Source: Candidatus Kaiserbacteria bacterium (GTDB lineage Bacteria > Patescibacteriota > Minisyncoccia > Phycocordibacterales > Phycocordibacteraceae). Taken from it: a stretch of 64,000 nucleotides of DNA. Both the position numbers and the translations under genes were made by a program. The stretch lies in NCBI GenBank assembly GCA_027451665.1, contig DAIDIW010000001.1, positions 159,773-223,772 on the forward strand. The letters are read 5' to 3'. Under the pieces are notes generated by a model. The model was given only the letters and a program-made list of their open reading frames with translations. It was not told the DNA's origin and did no database searches. This document shows positions 36,323 to 46,334 of the stretch, one piece after another (position 1 is the stretch's first letter; the number at the start of each line of letters is the position of its first letter).

Positions 36323-37194
36323 ATGATGACCCGTCGATCCTTTGTTCTGATGATTGTCATACTCGGACTAAACGTCATTCCGGTCCGTGTACTTGCGGCA
36401 CCACTGTTCACGCAGAATCTTCGGGAGGGAGATACGAGCGTGAGCGTTTCAGTACTCCAATCATTTCTTGATACGCACGGCTTTCCCGTCGCGGTAACCG
36501 GCCCAGGATCCGTAAACGCTACGACCGATTACTTTGGCACGCTTACGAAGGCGGCTCTCATTCATTTGTAGGACGCGAATGTCGCACAGATTCTTACACC
36601 AGTCGGACTTGAACGCGGTACAGGGTATTTCGGACCTTCCACGCATGCTTTCATCAACAGGTACCTTGCGAGCACCACGCCTCTTGCCGTCAGTGCCACG
36701 ACCTCCCCTGCGACCGTTATCGCGACTTCGACGGCAACCTCGACATTGTCGGTGCCGAGCGCGCCGACAGACCTAACGCGATCTGTGAGCTTCCTCAAGT
36801 ACGGCTATCGTGGACTCCTTCAGCAGGGGCGACGTCGTATGTAGTTCAACGCGAGGGGAGCCACACCGGCTTCGCGGTACTCGCAAGCACGTCTGCGGCG
36901 TGGTATCTCGATACGCAGGTAGTGACGGGTCGGACTTATGAGTATCGGGTGCTCGCTTGCAATGCATCCGGGACAAGTACGCCCTCATCGACAGTCACCG
37001 CCTATCTTACGAATCCGGACGCGAGCAGCCCCGCCCCTCAGCTTTCTTCGGCTAACTGCGACGGAACGACGGGTCCAACGTGCTCAGACGGGGCTGCATG
37101 TATAGCGACTGCTACCGGCGGCTACTGTCAGTGCGCAAAATGCTACACCGGTCCGTACTGCCAGTACGTCATCTCAGGCTGCCTTACATCCTAG
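36323..37194 (+). pseudogene. Disrupted exported protein: peptidoglycan-binding, FN3 and EGF-like domains
   Basis: Signal peptide and PG-binding domain broken by TAG at 36569-36571; frameshift near 36778; VRLSWTP..YEYRVLACN (FN3); CQCAKCYTGPYC (EGF). Confidence 0.75.
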
Positions 37195-37218
37195 TGAGCG
37201 CTCCGTGTTCCGGGGCGA

Positions 37219-37386
37219 TTATCGGAGATAGCGCAGGTAGAAGGCGCCGAAGAGGAGGACGATTCCGACGTTCACCATCAATCGTTCCCACGTATGCGAC
37301 GAGCTCCTGAAAAAGAGCACGTCGATGCCCGCGATGAGCGCGATCATCGCGAGAAGGTAAAGCGAGACGAGCATCGATCGAGTCAT
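37219..37386 (-). CDS. Small 2-TM protein (55 aa), not in ORF track
   Basis: MTRSMLVSLYLLAMIALIAGIDVLFFRSSSHTWERLMVNVGIVLLFGAFYLRYLR; TATCAT 6 nt upstream. Confidence 0.7.
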   Translation of the reverse strand: MTRSMLVSLYLLAMIALIAGIDVLFFRSSSHTWERLMVNVGIVLLFGAFYLRYLR

Positions 37387-37441
37387 GTCTCCATGATAGC
37401 GCTTTTACGCTGCGAGGCGAGACGAAGCCAGTGCGTAGACG

Positions 37442-37996
37442 TCAGGGCGTCCTGCGGCGGTGCGCGGAAAGGAGCCCCGAGAACTGCTGCTGCACCTTCT
37501 GCAGTTTCGGCGCGATGATGATCTGGCAGTAGCCCTGATTCGCATTGCGCGCATAGTAGTCGAGATGTTCGGGCTCTGCTGGGAAGAAATGTTCGAGCGG
37601 CGCGAGCTCGGTCGCGATTGGCGCGCCTTCCGAGGCCGATGCCTCAAGTGCCTCGATGAATGACGCAGCTTCGCGTCGCTGCGCGTCGGAGCTGTAAAGG
37701 ATGATCGAACGATACTGCGTGCCAACATCGTTCCCTTGGCGGTTCACCTGTGTCGCGTCGTGCGTCGCGAAGAAGACCGTCATAAGATCTCGGTAGGAGA
37801 TCTGCGCAGGATCGAACGTGATGCGTATAACCTCTGCGTGGCCAGTCGTGCCGCTCGAAACGCTGCGGTAGGTGGGGTGTTCGGTCGTGCCGCCGGCGTA
37901 GCCCGGCTCCACGGAGACAACGCCGCGGAGCATCCGGAACACCGCTTCTGTGCACCAGAAGCATCCGCCGCCGAAGACTGCGATCTCAGGGTTCAT
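37442..37996 (-). CDS. msrA: Peptide-methionine (S)-sulfoxide reductase
   Basis: [28 protein letters not shown]. Confidence 0.95.
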   Translation of the reverse strand: MNPEIAVFGGGCFWCTEAVFRMLRGVVSVEPGYAGGTTEHPTYRSVSSGTTGHAEVIRITFDPAQISYRDLMTVFFATHDATQVNRQGNDVGTQYRSIILYSSDAQRREAASFIEALEASASEGAPIATELAPLEHFFPAEPEHLDYYARNANQGYCQIIIAPKLQKVQQQFSGLLSAHRRRTP

Positions 37997-38382
37997 GATT
38001 CTTCGAGGTCGAGGCACACCGAATTGATGCAATAGCGCTTTCCGGTATCAGTCGGACCGTCGTCGAATACATGCCCCAGATGTGAACCGCACGTCGCGCA
38101 GCGCACCTCGGTCCGGTGCATTCCGTGCGAATCATCCTGGGTAAGTTCGACCGCGCCGGGAAGCGCCGAATCGAACGAAGGCCATCCGGAACCGGAGTCG
38201 AACTTCGCATCCGATGCGAAGAGTTTTGCGCCGCACACCTTGCAGGAGAACGTGCCGTCCTCTTCCGCGTGCAGGAGCTCGCCCGAGAACGGTGCTTCCG
38301 TCTTTCCCTCGCGCAAGACGGCGTATTCCTCGGGCGTCAGCCGTGCGCGCAGCGCCTCTTCAGAGAAATCATACGTGTCCAT
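37993..38382 (-). CDS. msrB: Peptide-methionine (R)-sulfoxide reductase
   Basis: [27 protein letters not shown]. Confidence 0.95.
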   Translation of the reverse strand: MDTYDFSEEALRARLTPEEYAVLREGKTEAPFSGELLHAEEDGTFSCKVCGAKLFASDAKFDSGSGWPSFDSALPGAVELTQDDSHGMHRTEVRCATCGSHLGHVFDDGPTDTGKRYCINSVCLDLEES

Positions 38383-38434
38383 AGTGACGATAGTATAGCG
38401 CTCTCTCAGGGACTCCGGGTGTATAGTGACGTCC

Positions 38435-38731
38435 ATGAAAGCGGCCCCTGGAACGGTGCACACATTGCCTGCCGATCTGCGGAAGACGCTCCTCGCATCG
38501 TCCGCGGTGCTTACGAAGTGGGAGAGCCTCACACCCTTGGCGCGCAATGAATGGATCTGCTGGACGATATCGGTGAAGCAGGCAGCCACGCGCAAGGATC
38601 ACGTGCGACGAGTCGTATCGGAACTCAAGGGTGGCATGCGCCGCCCGTGTTGCTGGATCGGCTGCATCCATCGAATGGACAAGTCGATAAGCCCATCCGT
38701 GCGCTCCATCCTGAAGAACCGGTCGCGTTAA
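38435..38731 (+). CDS. YdeI/OmpD-associated family protein
   Basis: [32 protein letters not shown]. Confidence 0.8.
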   Translation: MKAAPGTVHTLPADLRKTLLASSAVLTKWESLTPLARNEWICWTISVKQAATRKDHVRRVVSELKGGMRRPCCWIGCIHRMDKSISPSVRSILKNRSR

Positions 38732-38780
38732 ATGCGCTCTGACCCACGGAAACGCACGGCGCAGAGCGTCGCGCGTTCCC

Positions 38781-39890
38781 TCAGCTCCAGCGAAAGAGCC
38801 GGAAGGCGATCACGTAGACGACGGCGAGCCAGAGGCAGACGAGCGCGAGCTGCGGAGCGACGCCCACGAGCGACTTGCCTTCGGTCGCGATCATCCGCAG
38901 GCCGTCGATGACCGGCGTGAGCGGGAAGTACGAGGAGATCGTCTGCACCCAGCCCGGCATGAGGTAGCGCGGGAAGAAGGTACCGGAGAGGAAGAGCATC
39001 GGGAAGGTGATGATGTTCGACAATGGTGCTGCCTGGCTCTGGTCTTTCGCCCAGCCACCGATCGCGAGCCCGATACCGAGTACCATCACGATTGACAGGA
39101 GAAGGAAGACGATGAGGTCCAGATAGTTTCCAATGACTTTGAGGTGGAAGAAGAATATGCCGACGAAGAACATCGCTGCAACGGTCACGAGCCCGGTCGT
39201 TGCCTGTGAGATCGCCGTCGCGATGAAATACTGGGAGACGCGCAGTGGGGTCGTATGGAGCCGCCGCAGCACGCCGAGCCGTTTCAGTTCAGGGAAGACG
39301 TTCGACGGGCCGAATATGCCGATGCCCATGAGCGCGAAGCCCAGGAGTCCAGCGAAGGTGTAGTCGAAGGAGGTGAGGCCCTGCTGCCCGGTCTCGCGCG
39401 TTGCGACCGTGAACGGAAAGACGGTCGACACGAAGTGCGCGTTCAGCGGCTCGAATTCGCTCGTGAGGAGAGAGGCGAGCGCCTGCGCTCCTTGCGCGTT
39501 CGTGTGCGCATAGTAGACGAGCGCTTGTCCCGACGGCGTCGTGCTGCCCGCCGCCTTCTCGCCGAAGGACGGCGGCAGCACGATCGCCGCATCAAGGCTC
39601 CCTTGCTCGAGCTTCTGTTTAGCCGCGGTGAGATTCGTGAGCGTCGGATCGATCTTGAGGACGGTGCTTGAGGCCATCGACTCCGTCACCTTCGTCGCGA
39701 TCGTCGTGGTGGACTCGTTCAGGAGCGCGACTTTGAACGAGACGGCGTTATTCCCTCCGAAGATGCCGCCGAGCACGAAGAGAATGACGAGCGGGAAGAG
39801 CAGTCCGAAGAAGATAGCGACGCGATTGCGAAAGAATCGCTTCGTATTCACTTTCGAGAAGACGTAGATCGTATTATAAAGGTAGTCCAT
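38781..39890 (-). CDS. ABC-2 type transporter permease
   Basis: TM, ectodomain, then 5 TM; LRRLHTTPL; FLSGTFFP. Confidence 0.88.
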   Translation of the reverse strand: MDYLYNTIYVFSKVNTKRFFRNRVAIFFGLLFPLVILFVLGGIFGGNNAVSFKVALLNESTTTIATKVTESMASSTVLKIDPTLTNLTAAKQKLEQGSLDAAIVLPPSFGEKAAGSTTPSGQALVYYAHTNAQGAQALASLLTSEFEPLNAHFVSTVFPFTVATRETGQQGLTSFDYTFAGLLGFALMGIGIFGPSNVFPELKRLGVLRRLHTTPLRVSQYFIATAISQATTGLVTVAAMFFVGIFFFHLKVIGNYLDLIVFLLLSIVMVLGIGLAIGGWAKDQSQAAPLSNIITFPMLFLSGTFFPRYLMPGWVQTISSYFPLTPVIDGLRMIATEGKSLVGVAPQLALVCLWLAVVYVIAFRLFRWS

Positions 39891-39891
39891 A

Positions 39892-40653
39892 TCAGTCGCG
39901 GAGTTCCTTGCCGGTGAGGTCGATGAATACGTCCTCGAGATCCGCTTGCTCGACGCGTTGCTCCTTTTGGAAGCCACGTGATAGGAGCGCGCGGATGAGG
40001 TTTACCGGCGTGTCGAGCGCTACGATTTTACCGGTATCCATGATAGCGATTCGGTCGCAGAGGTAGCGAGCCTCGTCCATGTAATGAGTGGTGAGCACGA
40101 CTGTGATGCCCTGCGCACGCACCTCGCGCACGAGTTCCCAGAGATTGCGGCGTGCCTGCGGATCAAGCCCGGTCGTAGGCTCGTCCATGAAGAAAACTTT
40201 CGGTTTATGCACGAGGGCTGCCGCTATCGACAGCCGCTGTCGTTGGCCACCCGAGAGGTCTTCAACGAAGCTGTCTGCTTTCTCCGCGAGCCCCACGCTT
40301 CGCAGCGATTCAAGCGGATCCGTACGCATGCCGTAGGCGGCTGCGAAGAGCTCGAGCACCTCGGAGAGCGTGGTCTTGTCCTGGAAGCCGGGTGCCTGCG
40401 GCTGAACGCCAATGAGCTGCTTCACTTTCGCCGGTTCCTTCGCAACATCCGCTCCCGCGAGCGTGATCGAGCCGGAGGTTATGGGCGTAAGCGTCTCGAT
40501 CATCTCGAGCGTCGTCGTCTTTCCCGCGCCGTTCGGCCCGAGTATTCCGAAGATCTCGCCTTCGGCGACCGCAAACGATATGCCGCGCACGGCCTGCGTC
40601 CCCGTGTCGTAGGTTTTCGTAACATCCTGTACCGAGAGGATCGAACGGTCCAT
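39892..40653 (-). CDS. ABC transporter ATP-binding protein
   Basis: GPNGAGKTT, LSGGQRQR, DEPTTGLDP, TTHYMDEA. Confidence 0.92.
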   Translation of the reverse strand: MDRSILSVQDVTKTYDTGTQAVRGISFAVAEGEIFGILGPNGAGKTTTLEMIETLTPITSGSITLAGADVAKEPAKVKQLIGVQPQAPGFQDKTTLSEVLELFAAAYGMRTDPLESLRSVGLAEKADSFVEDLSGGQRQRLSIAAALVHKPKVFFMDEPTTGLDPQARRNLWELVREVRAQGITVVLTTHYMDEARYLCDRIAIMDTGKIVALDTPVNLIRALLSRGFQKEQRVEQADLEDVFIDLTGKELRD

Positions 40654-40733
40654 GAGAACTACAGTATACCAGCGCTCGGATGAAGCGCAGCGTACGCGAC
40701 CTCCGGACTAGCGCCGGATGCTATCGTATGCGT

Positions 40734-41267
40734 ATGACACGCGTTCTCGTCATAGGCGCACTCGTCGTTCTCCTCGCAGTCGGGGCGCTGCTCATGTGGA
40801 AGCGTTCCGCTCAAACGCCGCGTTTTACAGAGACGTCCGTGTCGGGAAGCGTTCAAGCGCCGGTCGCGACCAGTTCGTCAGAGATGCATCTCGCAGTCGT
40901 TCTTTATCCTCTATACAGCCGCGCATCCTGGAGCCGGATTGTTGCAGAAACCGTGACGATGGGCACGACCACGTACTCCGGTGCGTATGCGACGTCGACC
41001 GCAATCGATGCAGGCATGAATCCCGGTGCCGTGCTTACGCCGTTCACCGATTATTATGACCGGCTCTTGAAATCGCGAGGCTGGCGCGTCGCAAATGACC
41101 TTGCTGCAGGCGGTCATGTGGGCGGGCAGACCGGCTATCGGAACGGTCCGGACACGATTCTCGTCGGCTATCGCATCGACTATAGCATCGTGCCGAAAAA
41201 TGCACCGTCGCAATGTCCGTGCACCGTAAGCCTCTCGCTTTTTTCGTCGGGAACCGGCGGTAGGTAA
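40734..41267 (+). CDS. Membrane-anchored exported hypothetical protein
   Basis: N-terminal TM; C-terminal CPC. Confidence 0.6.
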   Translation: MTRVLVIGALVVLLAVGALLMWKRSAQTPRFTETSVSGSVQAPVATSSSEMHLAVVLYPLYSRASWSRIVAETVTMGTTTYSGAYATSTAIDAGMNPGAVLTPFTDYYDRLLKSRGWRVANDLAAGGHVGGQTGYRNGPDTILVGYRIDYSIVPKNAPSQCPCTVSLSLFSSGTGGR

Positions 41268-41353
41268 GCAAATGTGCGGCGCATCCCTTGTGCATGAAAT
41301 TAAGATGGGCCGCTCCTAGAGCGGCCCATAAGCAGTCGACACAGACTAGCGAA

Positions 41354-41737
41354 CTATGAGTATCGGTACTGAAGGATGCCTCCGCCGCTCGTGAATGCCT
41401 CACTGAGGAATGACATCCCGTCCGGCGTCCCGAACCATTGTATGATCGTTGCGGCCGTCAGGTAGGTTACGTCCCACTCCCGCAGCGACCGAGCGACCAT
41501 GATGTTGCGCGGGCTCGATTCACTGGCAAGGAGCCTGAAAAGCAGCGAGTTCCCCGTATTGCGTCTGGCCCAACAGATGGCAAGTGCCCGCCCGACGCGC
41601 TGCACGTCTTCACTTGTCTTATGGTCTATAAGCAGCAGGTCTTCGAAATGAAGACCTTGATGGTGAGCGGGCACCTTGTTGGTGAGTGCGAGCACATTGT
41701 TCACTGCGCTGCTGATGGCATCATTGCTTTCCGGCAT
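41354..41737 (-). CDS. Hypothetical protein
   Basis: AGGAG SD before ATG; C-terminal AATIIQWFGTPDGMSFL. Confidence 0.5.
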   Translation of the reverse strand: MPESNDAISSAVNNVLALTNKVPAHHQGLHFEDLLLIDHKTSEDVQRVGRALAICWARRNTGNSLLFRLLASESSPRNIMVARSLREWDVTYLTAATIIQWFGTPDGMSFLSEAFTSGGGILQYRYS

Positions 41738-41862
41738 GAGCAGTCTCCTCTGGCTGGCGTATGGTAATGAACGTTCGCGACCCATCCTAGCCTACCTGGC
41801 TCCTGGCGCAAGCTTTGGCGTACCCGCGCCTCTAGGCGAATGAAGATGGTAGAATCCTTAGA

Positions 41863-43110
41863 ATGAGACGGTTCGGGTCGCTCTTAGGCATCGCTACGCT
41901 CATATTCCTGAATCTAGGCGGAGGATTTCGGGATATACCGGTCGCCCATGCGGCTACCAGTTCTTCCGTACAGGATCAGATAAGCGCACAGCAGGCTGAG
42001 ATTTCGCAGCTGAACGCGGAGATTGCGAAATATGAGGCGGAGATACAGCAAACCGGGGCGGATAAGCAAACCATCCAAGCGGCCATCAACGCGCTTGATC
42101 TGCAGCGCGAAAAGGTGCAGACGCAGGTGAACGCGACTCAGCGTCAGTTGAACGTGACGCAGCTGCAACTTTCACAGATCGATATCACCATTTCCGATAC
42201 CCAGAGCGCGATTCAGGCGAACCAAGCTGCGCTCGCGTCAGACGTGCGTAGCTTGCAACGAACCGATGATCAGCCGCTCCTCGTGCAGGTGCTCTCATCG
42301 GGTAGTCTCGCGCAAGCGTGGAGCGATACTGACGCGACGCTTGAAGTGCAGCGCGCCATCCAGACGAAAGTGCAGACGCTCCATGATCAGGAGACGCAGC
42401 TCACGCTTCAGCAGCAGCAGGCGAGTGCGAAGAAGGATCAGCTTGCGACGCAGAAGCAGACGCTTACCTCCCAGCAGGCGAACCTCATGCAGGCGAAGCG
42501 CGCCAAAGCGGAACTCCTCGCTCAGACGAACGCGAAACAGACGCAGTACGAAAAACTTCTCGCGCAAGCGAAAGCCGAGATCTCAAGCTTTTCGACGTTT
42601 GCGCAGAACGCGGGCGGTTCTGGCTTGCTCGCCAATCAGACCAGGTGCGACGCATGGGGCTGCTATTACAATCAACGTGATAGCGCATGGGGCAATATCC
42701 CCCTGAACGGCACGCAGTACAAGCTTAAAAGCGATGGCTGTCTTCTGACCGCGATGGCCATGGTCATGACCCACTACGGTTATCGAGACGTCACGCCGCT
42801 CACGATAAACGCGAACCCGGGTAACTTTGCCGTGTATTATCCGGCCTACCTCCTCTTCACCATTACCGCCGATAGCGTAACTGCGACCCGCAAGTCCGCG
42901 TACATCGACGCGACCCTCGCAAGCGGAAACCCGGTCATCGTGGGGATTCACGCCTATGGCGGCACCCACTACGTCGTGCTCACGAGCGGGGCGCGCGGCA
43001 ACTACCTCATGCGCGATCCTTACATCGCGAATGCTGATGACGTGCCGTTCTCCGCGCACTACCGCATGAGCCAGATCTTCAGCGCCGCGCGCGTGATTAT
43101 CGGCGCGTGA
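41863..43110 (+). CDS. Exported coiled-coil (PcsB/CwlO-like) protein with C39-like cysteine peptidase
   Basis: Signal peptide; long Gln-rich coiled coil; YNQRDSAW, GCLLTAMAM, HYVVL, MRDP. Confidence 0.85.
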   Translation: MRRFGSLLGIATLIFLNLGGGFRDIPVAHAATSSSVQDQISAQQAEISQLNAEIAKYEAEIQQTGADKQTIQAAINALDLQREKVQTQVNATQRQLNVTQLQLSQIDITISDTQSAIQANQAALASDVRSLQRTDDQPLLVQVLSSGSLAQAWSDTDATLEVQRAIQTKVQTLHDQETQLTLQQQQASAKKDQLATQKQTLTSQQANLMQAKRAKAELLAQTNAKQTQYEKLLAQAKAEISSFSTFAQNAGGSGLLANQTRCDAWGCYYNQRDSAWGNIPLNGTQYKLKSDGCLLTAMAMVMTHYGYRDVTPLTINANPGNFAVYYPAYLLFTITADSVTATRKSAYIDATLASGNPVIVGIHAYGGTHYVVLTSGARGNYLMRDPYIANADDVPFSAHYRMSQIFSAARVIIGA

Positions 43111-43191
43111 GCAGGTTCCTTAAAGGAATACGCCTGGGCACGGATGTGCCCAGGCGTTTCATAGCGATATCGGTCTGTGAGTGCGGATGTG

Positions 43192-43995
43192 CTACTCCGC
43201 TGGTTTGGCGTCGTAGAGAGCTTTGGCGCGACATAGAACGGCGAGCGTCTGTTCTTTCGTGAGACGTCGCTTCGTAATCCCAAGCGCACCTCGAATGCTA
43301 GACGCGACCGCGTTCGCGGATTTTTCCGAGGAGTATCGTCCCGCATCCGCGAGTTCCTTCCCTTGAAGACCTCGGAGCATATGGCGGAAGATTTCAAGCT
43401 GTCGCGGGGAAAGGTGCCCGATCAAGGATGCCGCACGATGTGCCATCAATTCGAGTTCCTCTACGGAAGCTGGGTTGGACACGGTGCGTTCAAGACGTTG
43501 TGGAGATTGCACCGATCCTGTAACAGTCGCTCCTTGAGTGCGGTCGGGGCACGGTGCGCGCATTCGGCTGCTGCGCGTCTCACAGTGGAGCCCGCTCGCT
43601 CTCTCGAGCTGCGCTTTCCGTATGAGCTCCTCGCGCTCGTCGCGCGGCAGATGATCGATCATCGCTCTGATGCAGATACTATGAAAGTTGCGGTCAATGT
43701 CCTCGAGACTACAGCTCATCTCCTCGGCTATCTGGATCCAGCTGAGCCCGTTGGACATATACGTAAGACACGCTTCGAGTTCGGCGCTCATCTTATCCTG
43801 CACCCGGTCTAGCGCGTTTATTACGTCTTGTTCTACAAGCGATAGGGTACTCTGTGCGCGAGTGCGTGCTTCCATCGGTTTCTCCCATTGGTACGGCTCT
43901 GAAAGGTCTTGAACCTGTTCCACTCTACGCATGGGGAACATTTTCAGCAAGCGAGCGCTCGGTCCTTCGCCTCCTGCGTCGATGTATTGAACCAC
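43192..43995 (-). CDS. Putative regulator with LuxR-type HTH domain(s); start uncertain
   Basis: LSPRQLEIFRHMLRGLQGKELA..SIRGALGI; second weaker GLSWIQIAEEMSCS. Confidence 0.55.
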   Translation of the reverse strand: MVQYIDAGGEGPSARLLKMFPMRRVEQVQDLSEPYQWEKPMEARTRAQSTLSLVEQDVINALDRVQDKMSAELEACLTYMSNGLSWIQIAEEMSCSLEDIDRNFHSICIRAMIDHLPRDEREELIRKAQLERASGLHCETRSSRMRAPCPDRTQGATVTGSVQSPQRLERTVSNPASVEELELMAHRAASLIGHLSPRQLEIFRHMLRGLQGKELADAGRYSSEKSANAVASSIRGALGITKRRLTKEQTLAVLCRAKALYDAKPAE

Positions 43996-44121
43996 AGACG
44001 TGCGACTCTGCGTTTTGTATCTACCGTCGTCGGTTCGCGCCCTTACCGTATACGATTGGTCTCTTCTCGAATCTTCTCGTACGCACTCACACCGTCCATA
44101 AAGACCGGTATACTCTTCCGC

Positions 44122-44586
44122 ATGGCGAAGGGATACTGGCTCATGAAGACGGAACCGAGCGAGTTCTCGATCGACGACCTATCGCGCATCAAGGTGGAGC
44201 CATGGACGGGCGTGCGCAATTACCAGGCGCGCAACTATATGAAGGACGACATGCGGGTGGGGGACGAAGTGCTTATCTATCACTCGAGCTGCGAGGTGCC
44301 GGGCGTCTATGGTCTCGCGAAGGTATCGCACCTGGCGGAACCGGACGCTGCGCAATTCGATAGGAAGAGTAAGTACTTCGATGCAAAGGCGCGGCGCGAA
44401 TCGCCGCGGTGGTACGGTGTACGCGTGCGTTTCTCAAGGAAGCTGAAGTCGCCCGTGTCGCTCTCAACGCTCAGAGCGGATGGAAAATTGAAAGACCTTT
44501 TCGTATTCAAGAATGGGCGCCTTTCGATCGGCCCTCTCTCAAGACCCCAGTACGAGCGTATACTCGCGCACGCGAATAAACGCTAA
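44122..44586 (+). CDS. EVE domain protein
   Basis: YWLMKTEP, WTGVRNYQARNYM, YHSSC, RLSI.P. Confidence 0.92.
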   Translation: MAKGYWLMKTEPSEFSIDDLSRIKVEPWTGVRNYQARNYMKDDMRVGDEVLIYHSSCEVPGVYGLAKVSHLAEPDAAQFDRKSKYFDAKARRESPRWYGVRVRFSRKLKSPVSLSTLRADGKLKDLFVFKNGRLSIGPLSRPQYERILAHANKR

Positions 44587-44591
44587 AGCTA

Positions 44592-44795
44592 CTAGCCACC
44601 TGGCGGCTTCGTGCCGTAAGTTTTCTCTAAGAATTGAGCGGTCTGTTGCGATTGCTTGAGGAGGTTCTGCGTGGATGTGGAGAGTCCGCTCGGATTCGCT
44701 GTCGGCTGCGTCGGCGCGCCACGGTCGAGGTATAGCGCAATGACGACGGCAACCGCGAGGAGTGCAAGGAAGACGGTGAACCTAGATCGTTGCAT
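44592..44795 (-). CDS. Small membrane-anchored hypothetical protein
   Basis: Single TM; TATACT 6 nt before ATG. Confidence 0.6.
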   Translation of the reverse strand: MQRSRFTVFLALLAVAVVIALYLDRGAPTQPTANPSGLSTSTQNLLKQSQQTAQFLEKTYGTKPPGG

Positions 44796-44863
44796 CTTCC
44801 CAGTATACCGCTGTTCGAAACCGGATCCGGAAAGGAAGGGTAAAAGAAAAGGCGAGCGTACTA

Positions 44864-45280
44864 CTACGCTCGCCAGGCCAGTTGCAATTGGAGGAACTCA
44901 TCCCCAATGTGGTTATTGCAGTCTAAGCATGCGATGACCAGATTATCCGGATGATCTGGTCCGTGCTTTCCGAGCGGAATCACATGCTCGAACGTCGGCC
45001 TTGTCATTGAGCGGGGATCGTCATCGTCAAGCGTCCGTATCCCGCAATAGCAGCAGCGCCAGTTCTGCGCCTCTGCTATCCGATCGAACAGCGTTCTCCC
45101 AAGAGGGAAGGCGCGCCAGTTGATTCGGCCCCTGTGAAGGCATCTGTTGACATCCTTTAGGTATTTTACGTTCCATGCGATCTCAATATCGAGCTTGTCG
45201 CCGTGTAGTTCCGGATTTACTCGAACAAGGGCTGCTCTGACCGCCTCGATTATCTTTTCCTCTGTAAGAAGTGCATACAT
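44864..45280 (-). CDS. HNH endonuclease
   Basis: CCYCG..TFEHVIP..HG.D..DNLVIACLDCN; start uncertain. Confidence 0.8.
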   Translation of the reverse strand: MYALLTEEKIIEAVRAALVRVNPELHGDKLDIEIAWNVKYLKDVNRCLHRGRINWRAFPLGRTLFDRIAEAQNWRCCYCGIRTLDDDDPRSMTRPTFEHVIPLGKHGPDHPDNLVIACLDCNNHIGDEFLQLQLAWRA

Positions 45281-45472
45281 CTCGCCAACCCCTTTTCCGC
45301 TGAAACTTCCAGCATCTGTGTTTAACATAACACAGTAATTCATCGTGTCAAAACGACGCGCGTAATCGCCCGCGCATCTTGCTTCCGGAAGGCATGCGGC
45401 CGACGCGCGAGGATTCCCGGGTACAACGGAGACCGAAAGCCTGGTACACTGCACGGAAGCTAACCGATATTC

Positions 45473-46216
45473 ATGAATAACTCGAATCGCAACATACTGA
45501 TCGGGGTCGTCTTGCTCATCGTCATCGGCGTCCTCGTGTGGTATTTCGCTGGCGCAGGCGTTGCGACCGGCAAGACGGTCGCCACGGTGAATGGCACGCC
45601 GATTACCGAAGCGCAGCTCGTGTCCGAAGAAGCGCAGATCGCCGCCCAACTCGGCGCGACGACCACGCCCGCTTCCACGTTCCAGACAGACGCTCTCAAT
45701 GAACTCATCGGGACGGAGCTCTTGAAGCAGGCGGCAATGAAGGCCGGCATCACGGCTTCCTCGACCCTCGTCGACCAGAAGCTCGCCTCTACGAAAGCGC
45801 AGTTCAGTTCGACGCAGGCGTACGAGCAAGCGCTTTCGGCGCAGGACATGACGGAGGCGAGTCTCCGCCAACAGATCGCTGACAGCATCCAAATCTCGGC
45901 CTTCCTAAACCAGCAGCTCAATCTGAATGCCGCAACGGCGACCCCCGCGCAGATACAGCAGGCCTATACGCAGCAGGCGGCTACGATGCAGAATCCGCCG
46001 CCGCTCGCGCAGGTGAAGAGCGAGGTGGCGCAGGCGGTCGTCGCACAGGAACAGCAGCGCATGATTGCAGCGTACGTGAGTCAGCTCCGTCAGAGTGCGA
46101 CGGTCGATATTCTCATTGCGACCTCGACGCCTGCGGCGGCTACGCCGCCCGTGACGACGGGTACCACTGCAGCTGCCCCAACCTCGACTGGAACGACGAT
46201 GCCCAAATCACATTAG
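45473..46216 (+). CDS. SurA N-terminal-like membrane-anchored chaperone
   Basis: TM; VATVNGTPIT; LNELIGTELLKQAA; YVSQLRQSATV. Confidence 0.8.
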   Translation: MNNSNRNILIGVVLLIVIGVLVWYFAGAGVATGKTVATVNGTPITEAQLVSEEAQIAAQLGATTTPASTFQTDALNELIGTELLKQAAMKAGITASSTLVDQKLASTKAQFSSTQAYEQALSAQDMTEASLRQQIADSIQISAFLNQQLNLNAATATPAQIQQAYTQQAATMQNPPPLAQVKSEVAQAVVAQEQQRMIAAYVSQLRQSATVDILIATSTPAAATPPVTTGTTAAAPTSTGTTMPKSH

Positions 46217-46334
46217 TAGCGGGGACCCTCGCGCCACTGAACCCGCCGCGTCCCCACCGCGGACGGGGCGGGCTTTCGTTCTTCAGGCGCAATTCACATC
46301 TCCTGTCCGCCCGGCCTAGGTTACACTTCGGTTC

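Noticed and set aside
36569-36571. Stop-codon readthrough or alternative genetic code
   Set aside because: The gene also has a frameshift; TAG and TGA terminate many intact genes here, so code 11 fits
31765-37200. Intact prophage or integrative element
   Set aside because: No integrase, transposase or structural genes
45281-45892. Long N-terminal extension of the HNH ORF
   Set aside because: Mostly antisense to the SurA-like gene; the HNH likely starts near 45280-45343
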